Shown here one piece after another: positions 58,354 through 64,000 of a stretch of 64,000 bases of DNA. Position 1 is the stretch's first letter, and each line of letters starts with the position of its first letter. The translations under genes and the position numbers were made by a program. Source of the DNA: Acidobacteriota bacterium (GTDB lineage Bacteria; Acidobacteriota; UBA6911; RPQK01; JAJDTT01); NCBI GenBank assembly GCA_965263035.1, contig OZ253580.1:3968001-4032000 (forward strand), written 5' to 3'. A model generated the notes under the pieces. That model searched no databases and was not told where the DNA came from. It saw only the letters and a program-made list of their open reading frames with translations.

Positions 58354-59322
58354 ATGGCTCGAAACGAGTCCCTCCTGCCCTCCGCCGTAGAGGCCATCGG
58401 TGAGACCCCCCTGGTCGAGCTCTCGCGGATCACGAGCGGCGGTCAGGGACGGATCCTGGCCAAGCTGGACCACCTCAATCCGGGTTTTTCCAAGAAGGAT
58501 CGGATCGCGCGGCAGATCATCGAGGATGCCGAAGCCGGCGGCGAGATCCGCCCGGGTCAGACGGTGATCGAGCTCACCAGCGGGAACACCGGAACCGGTC
58601 TCGCCATCGTCTGCGGCCTCAAGGGCTATCCCTTCGTGGCAGTCATGTCCAAGGGCAACTCGGGGGAGCGGGCGCGCATGATGAGGTCTCTGGGCGCGGA
58701 AGTGGTCCTGGTGGACCAACTTCCGAATTCGGTTCCGGGCCAGGTGTCGGGGGGAGACTTGGAACTGGTGGAGCAGGCTACGCGGGAACTGGTGCGGGAG
58801 CGCCGGGCGTTTCGCGCCGATCAGTTCCTGCACCGGGGGAACTTCCGGGCCCATTACCTGCACACGGGCCCAGAGTTCCTGCGGCAGTCGGGCCACTCGA
58901 TCCAGGCTTTCTGCGACTTCGTGGGGAGCGGGGGCACGTTTGCCGGCTGTGCGGCGGCGTTCAAGGAATACGACCCGGGGATCCGGTGCTATGTGGTGGA
59001 GCCGGAGGGGGCCGCGGTCCTGGCCGGCCAGGAGGCCGGACGGCCGGGCCACCGGATCCAGGGAGGGGGCTACTCGATGGCCGATCTGGCCTGCATCGAT
59101 CGGGCCCACGTGGACGGGTATCTGCAGGTCTCCGACGACGAGGCGATCCGGATGGCCCGCCGCCTGGCCCGGGAGGAAGGCATCTTCGCCGGTTTCTCCA
59201 GCGGCGCCAACCTGGCCGGAGCCCTGCAACTGCTGGCCGGACCTTGCGCCGGGAAGACGGTCGCCATCATGATCTGTGATTCGGGATTGAAATACCTGAG
59301 CACGGACCTATGGCAGGATTAG
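58354..59322 (+). CDS. Cysteine synthase-family PLP enzyme
   Basis: IGETPLV, NPGFSKKDR, TSGNTG, DSGLKYLST. Confidence 0.88.
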   Translation: MARNESLLPSAVEAIGETPLVELSRITSGGQGRILAKLDHLNPGFSKKDRIARQIIEDAEAGGEIRPGQTVIELTSGNTGTGLAIVCGLKGYPFVAVMSKGNSGERARMMRSLGAEVVLVDQLPNSVPGQVSGGDLELVEQATRELVRERRAFRADQFLHRGNFRAHYLHTGPEFLRQSGHSIQAFCDFVGSGGTFAGCAAAFKEYDPGIRCYVVEPEGAAVLAGQEAGRPGHRIQGGGYSMADLACIDRAHVDGYLQVSDDEAIRMARRLAREEGIFAGFSSGANLAGALQLLAGPCAGKTVAIMICDSGLKYLSTDLWQD

Positions 59323-59398
59323 TCCCACGCCCTCAAGATTTGGTGCAATTGGACGAAGAATTTTTCGTATACATTTTTCTCAGAATTGAGGTGTAGTG

Positions 59399-60238
59399 AT
59401 GAGAGCGACGAGACGCGGACTTTTCAGGCTGGGGGTGGCGGCGGCGTCAGCGGGGATCTTTGCAGGCCGGACTCGGGTGGCGCGCGCGAAAAAGCGGTCC
59501 TTGAAGTTGGGGGTGGCCAGTTACTCGCTGCGCAACATCCCCCGTCCCGGGGCCATCGAAATGGTACGGGAGTTGGGGACGCCTTACGTCAACATCAAGT
59601 CCTTTCACATTCCCTATGAGACTTCAAAGGACGAGCGGGCCCGAGCTCGGGCAGAGATCGAAAAGTCCGGTCTCCGGATCGTCGGAGGGGGGACCATCGG
59701 CATCAAGGAAGACACGGACGACGCCGTCGAGTTCTACTTCGAATATGCGAAACAGTGTGGCATGCCCCTCATGGTCATCGCTCCCACGGCCCAGGTCATG
59801 CCCCGGGTGGAGAAATACGTCAAGCGCTACGGTATCGCGGTGGCCGTCCACAACCACGGTCCCGAGGACGAGCAATTTCCGGCGCCCTCCGACGGGCTCA
59901 AGGTGATCAAGGGAATGGACCCGCGCGTGGGGCTGTGCGTCGACGCGGGTCACACGGCCCGCACGGGAGTCGACGTGGTGGAAGCGATCCGGCAGGCCGG
60001 CGACCGGGTGCTGGACATGCACATGAAGGACCTCCGCGATTTCACCGACCGGGAGAGCCAGTGCATCGTCGGTCAGGGCAAGATGCCGGTGGCCGGCATC
60101 TTCCGGGAGTTGATCCGGATGGGTTATTCGGGCCACGTCAACCTGGAATACGAGATCGAACCGGACACTCCCCTCCCGGGCATGAAACAGTCCTTCGCCT
60201 ATATGCGGGGAGTTCTGGACGGTCTGGCGCGGTCCTGA
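59399..60238 (+). CDS. Tat-exported sugar phosphate isomerase/epimerase
   Basis: TRRGLF; HNHGPED, DAGH, HMKD, LEYE. Confidence 0.85.
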   Translation: MRATRRGLFRLGVAAASAGIFAGRTRVARAKKRSLKLGVASYSLRNIPRPGAIEMVRELGTPYVNIKSFHIPYETSKDERARARAEIEKSGLRIVGGGTIGIKEDTDDAVEFYFEYAKQCGMPLMVIAPTAQVMPRVEKYVKRYGIAVAVHNHGPEDEQFPAPSDGLKVIKGMDPRVGLCVDAGHTARTGVDVVEAIRQAGDRVLDMHMKDLRDFTDRESQCIVGQGKMPVAGIFRELIRMGYSGHVNLEYEIEPDTPLPGMKQSFAYMRGVLDGLARS

Positions 60239-60265
60239 CGCGCTATTGCGCCGGAGCGGCGACGA

Positions 60266-61381
60266 TCATTCGATCCGGTCGAAAATCCCGACGAAGGTGG
60301 GCTTCTCACTCGTGGGAACCGGGTCTCCGATCCGGGTCAGGCGGCCGTCCGAGCCGATCCGGAAGATGAGGATGGAATCGGCGTCCTGATTCGCCACCAG
60401 CAACAGCCGGCCGCTGGAATCGATGGCGAAGTTCCGGGGAATCCGGATCAATCCGTCCGCCCGCTCCCACCCGACCCGCTCCAGCCGTCCGGTCTCGGAA
60501 TCCACACGGAAAATGACGATGCTGTCGTGTCCCCGGTTGGAGGCGTAGACGAAACCTCCCGACGGGGAGACCAGAATGTGAGCGCCGGTGTTGCGGCTCC
60601 GGTCGAACCCGGCAGGCAGGGAGTCCACGGTCTCCCGAGCGGAGAGCCGGCCGGTGGCTGTGTCGTAGCGCCAGGAGTGGACCGTGCTGTTGGTCTCGTT
60701 GACGGCGTAGGCGAAGCGGCCGTTGGGATGAAACGCCAGGTGCCGGGGACCGGCTCCCTGGTCGGTGGGGGCCACCGCCGGTTCGTTCGGTTCCAGCCGG
60801 CCCGATTCGGCGTCGAAGCGGAACTGGGCAATGAAGTCGGAGTTGGTGCAAGGCACGAAGTAGTGGTTTCCGCCGGGACCGATCTGGACCATGTGGGTCT
60901 TCTTCCCCACTTTCCTCGTCTGCACGGGATCTCCCGCGGCGCCGTCGGTACCCAGGGGCAGCACCGAGACGTAACCGGCGCCGGGGTGGTAGTGAACCAC
61001 CAGCAACCAGCGTCCTGAGGGGTGCACGTGGAGGTGAGGAGGCGATCCCGGACCGACGGGAGTCCGTGAAATCCGCCGCAGGCTGCGGTCCCCGTCCTCG
61101 ATGGCCAGCGAGACCACGTGAGGCGGTTCCAAACGGTCCAGGGCATACAGGAATTTCCGGTTGGGGTGCCGTGCCACGTAGGGAAAGCTGCCCGAGTCGT
61201 CGGTGGGCCGCAGGGACCCGGCGCCCCGCTTCTCCAGGGTTCCCCGATTCAGGTCCAGGGTATGGATGTCGATCCGGCTGCTCCCGCCGGCCATGTACAC
61301 GACCGGGTCCGCCTTCCGAGCCATTCCCGTATGAGTCAGCGAGAGGATCATGAGGCAGTATCCAAGGTGTCTGAGAGTCAT
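60266..61381 (-). CDS. 6-phosphogluconolactonase-like beta-propeller lactonase
   Basis: GAGPRHLAFHP, YASNRGHDSI, PRNF. Confidence 0.88.
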   Translation of the reverse strand: MTLRHLGYCLMILSLTHTGMARKADPVVYMAGGSSRIDIHTLDLNRGTLEKRGAGSLRPTDDSGSFPYVARHPNRKFLYALDRLEPPHVVSLAIEDGDRSLRRISRTPVGPGSPPHLHVHPSGRWLLVVHYHPGAGYVSVLPLGTDGAAGDPVQTRKVGKKTHMVQIGPGGNHYFVPCTNSDFIAQFRFDAESGRLEPNEPAVAPTDQGAGPRHLAFHPNGRFAYAVNETNSTVHSWRYDTATGRLSARETVDSLPAGFDRSRNTGAHILVSPSGGFVYASNRGHDSIVIFRVDSETGRLERVGWERADGLIRIPRNFAIDSSGRLLLVANQDADSILIFRIGSDGRLTRIGDPVPTSEKPTFVGIFDRIE

Positions 61382-61453
61382 CTGTGTGCCTGCGGCGGCC
61401 CATGATAGCATGCCCTCCCCGAGATCTCGGGGAGCCAACCAGAGGAGGTTTCC

Positions 61454-62968
61454 ATGTCTCAACCGATCGATCGGCGCCAGTTCCAGAAACGGCTTTCGGC
61501 CGCTCTTGCCACCACCGCGTTGCTTCCGTTGGGATGTGCCACACAGGGTCCGGGGGGTTCAGAGACTCCGGCTTCGTCCGGAAAGGAAATTCCGGCGGGC
61601 GGCAGCGGGATCCTGAAGGTGACCCGGGGGGCTCCCGTCCTGACGGTGCCGGAGGTCATGCCGGAAGGCGCGCGCTGGCGCTACGGTCTGATTCTCCCCT
61701 TCCAGGCCGGGCCCACCACCGGCGGCGCCTTCGTCAACGTGCGCATCCGCAACGGCGTCATGGGCCACAAGATCGGGCACGGCGACTACGAGGCGGGCAA
61801 CGACGTGGTGCTCTTCGATTCCGTCGAGGGGGTTCTTCCCGGCTCGACCCTGACTCTCCACCGCAATCACGACGAGCCGAATCCCCATTCCGATCCGCCG
61901 GGGCAGACCTCCATCATGGTCAAGTACCCGATGCGGGGAGGCTTCGTTCCCTTGGGGGCGAAAAACGCTTCCGGAGCGGACCACCCGGGCGCGGGCACCG
62001 GGTTCGGCATCAGTCTGGCGCTGGCGCGGCGCAAGAAGGCATCGGACCATCCGGACGGAGCCGGCTTCAGCCTGGAGGAGAACTACCAATACTTCGAGGT
62101 GTTCCAGTTGGCCTTCGACGGCGAACGGATGCGGCAGGCCGAGGTAGAGAGGTTCCGGTCGGAAACCATGGTCAAGGGCTGGTGGATCTACAACGGCGGG
62201 CTCGCCAATGCTATTCCCTCAGGCGACGACCTCCTGCTGTGCGTGTCTGCGGCGGCGCCTGGGGGCGGGGGCAGCTATGACCCCCGCGTGCCGGGCGGCT
62301 CCGGCGTCCTGCGGTGGAGCCGGCAGGGAGGCCGGTGGCAACCCGACTCGTTCGTCATGGTGACGGGCACGGACTCCTCCAGTGAGGCCAGTCTGATCCG
62401 GGATCTGGACGGATCGCTCCTCCTCGCGGCCCGGCCCGGCCCGCAGGATTTCCACTCGGTTCGGGCCTGGCGGTCACGGGACGAGGGGGAGTCGTGGGAG
62501 CAGATCATCGATGTCCGCGGGATCATCTCCATCGCGCCCATCACTCTGAATCGGGCTCTGGACGGCACTCCATACATCGCGTCCAACATCTATCTGGTTC
62601 CCACCCACCCCATCGACCAGCGCTTCCGCCCCTTTCAAGACCGGCAAGGCCGCGTGATGGGGGGTGGCTGGACCCGGCAGAAGCTCTACCTCTGGCCGCT
62701 GAACCAGGAACGTAACGGGCTGGAGACGCCCATCCTGGCCCGGGACTGCCGGGCGGAGTTCGGTCCGCCGCCGGGAGAGTCCATGTGGCGGGTAGACCAC
62801 CCCTTTGCCGCCAATCTCCGGTTGGCGGACGAGAAATGGCACAACGTCATGGGCTACCGGATTCACGAGGATGTGGAGGACCACGACACCGTCTCGCCTC
62901 CCCAGACCGGCGCCTACCTGGAAGAGGTCATTTCGGCCGGCCAGCCGATACCTGATTGGATCTTTTGA
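61454..62968 (+). CDS. Tat-exported hypothetical lipoprotein with an Asp box
   Basis: DRRQFQ, LGC; SRDEGESW; GGAGG RBS. Confidence 0.75.
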   Translation: MSQPIDRRQFQKRLSAALATTALLPLGCATQGPGGSETPASSGKEIPAGGSGILKVTRGAPVLTVPEVMPEGARWRYGLILPFQAGPTTGGAFVNVRIRNGVMGHKIGHGDYEAGNDVVLFDSVEGVLPGSTLTLHRNHDEPNPHSDPPGQTSIMVKYPMRGGFVPLGAKNASGADHPGAGTGFGISLALARRKKASDHPDGAGFSLEENYQYFEVFQLAFDGERMRQAEVERFRSETMVKGWWIYNGGLANAIPSGDDLLLCVSAAAPGGGGSYDPRVPGGSGVLRWSRQGGRWQPDSFVMVTGTDSSSEASLIRDLDGSLLLAARPGPQDFHSVRAWRSRDEGESWEQIIDVRGIISIAPITLNRALDGTPYIASNIYLVPTHPIDQRFRPFQDRQGRVMGGGWTRQKLYLWPLNQERNGLETPILARDCRAEFGPPPGESMWRVDHPFAANLRLADEKWHNVMGYRIHEDVEDHDTVSPPQTGAYLEEVISAGQPIPDWIF

Positions 62969-63212
62969 GAAGCAGGACTTATGTCAACTGGAAGACAGGA
63001 TCGTCCCCGCTGGGAGGGGAGGGGATCCCTCCCGCGACGCGGCTGAAGTTCTGGCAGTACCACTCCCGCGAGTGGACCGACTTCTGGCGCACCGACACCG
63101 GCGAGCACGTCGGCGAGCGCCTCCTGGAGTTCGGCTCCCACGATCCTGGGCGGTAACGCCGCCCGGCTGTTCGGTCTGGAGCGTTCGGCGCTGGCAGGCT
63201 GAAGCCGCCGGG

Positions 63213-63614
63213 TCACGCCCGCTGGTAGACCAGGGCGGCAGCGAGTCCGCAGGCGACGACCTGGATCGTCCCATAGACGAACCAAGCCATGGCCATCGAG
63301 AGAGTGATGGGCTGCACGGCATAGGTGGCGAACGCCATCGGGACGGAGATCAGGAGTCCGACCAGCAGTCCGTACCGAATCCCTTCCATGGGACCCTTCC
63401 CTTCGTAACCCTTGGTGAAGATATAGGTGAAAAGCAGGGACCAGATCGCGGCGACCAGGTAGATCAGGCCCAGGTTGATCTCCTCCGGCATGCGCCACAA
63501 TGAGTAGGTCTCCTGGTAGAAGGGTGTCATGAGCACCTGATGGATGATGAATCCCAATACCTCATGCACGACGAAAACCGCCGCGACGGCCAAGAAAAAC
63601 CTCTTGTTATTCAT
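63213..63614 (-). CDS. Small four-TM membrane protein (DUF1761-like)
   Basis: Four hydrophobic segments; EGIRYGLLVG; AAGGAAGG RBS. Confidence 0.75.
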   Translation of the reverse strand: MNNKRFFLAVAAVFVVHEVLGFIIHQVLMTPFYQETYSLWRMPEEINLGLIYLVAAIWSLLFTYIFTKGYEGKGPMEGIRYGLLVGLLISVPMAFATYAVQPITLSMAMAWFVYGTIQVVACGLAAALVYQRA

Positions 63615-63733
63615 TTTCGTTCCTTCCTTGAATTGAATCCGGTGCCCTATTGCATGGGGGTGACCCGAGAGTATCGACCCGTCTCGACTATTGCAGCACC
63701 GCCTCGTCGCATTCCTGATGGGGAAGCGCCGAT

Positions 63734-64000
63734 CTACGCCCGCTGGTAGACCAGGGCAGCGGCGAATCCGCAAGCTATGGTCTGGACCAGTCCGTACCCG
63801 TACCAGTGCACGGCCATCGAGAGAGTGATGGGCATCACGGCATAGTTGACGAACAGTGCGGGGAAGAAGATGAGATTGCCGATCAGCAGTCCGTACCGGC
63901 CCCCTTCCATGAGACCTTTCCCCTCGTAGCCTTGCGTGAAGACAGCCATGAAGAACAGGGAAAAGATCAGGCCGCCCAGAAAGACCAGGCCCGAGTTGAT
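63734..64000 (-). CDS. Tandem paralog of 63213-63614 (5' end outside the window)
   Basis: GYEGKGLMEGGRYGLL...AAALVYQRA. Confidence 0.75.
   Translation of the reverse strand: MNSGLVFLGGLIFSLFFMAVFTQGYEGKGLMEGGRYGLLIGNLIFFPALFVNYAVMPITLSMAVHWYGYGLVQTIACGFAAALVYQRA

Noticed and set aside
1-64000. tRNA, rRNA or riboswitch
   Set aside because: None recognised by eye; a covariance-model scan was not possible

Overview
GC-rich bacterial chromosomal window, most likely Acidobacteriota (inferred from a GWxTD protein, a sulfatase-TPR fusion, a TMTC-like TPR membrane protein and a carboxypeptidase-regulatory/TonB-dependent receptor). About 50 CDS cover housekeeping functions (queG, msbA-like, fabI, sfsA, mdh, AlaX) and secreted glycan-processing enzymes. 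Small mobile elements are dense: a complete IS1380 (616-2380, CTAG target duplication) splits a signal-peptide gene; a complete IS4-family element (14253-15611) has an 11-bp target duplication; there are two CTAG-targeting MITEs, REP-like repeats and at least six toxin-antitoxin modules, several with decayed toxins. The most notable find is a 630-nt ORF-less group IIC intron (54903-55532) inserted precisely into a REP-like hairpin repeat, whose empty copy is also in the window (about 12426-12490). Also notable are an integrase-less toxin-antitoxin islet flanked by a synonymously recoded duplicate of the mdh 3' end, and a carbamoyltransferase/SxtJ/DUF5989 triplet split by about 10 kb. All family assignments come from motif recognition by eye; no database searches were run.
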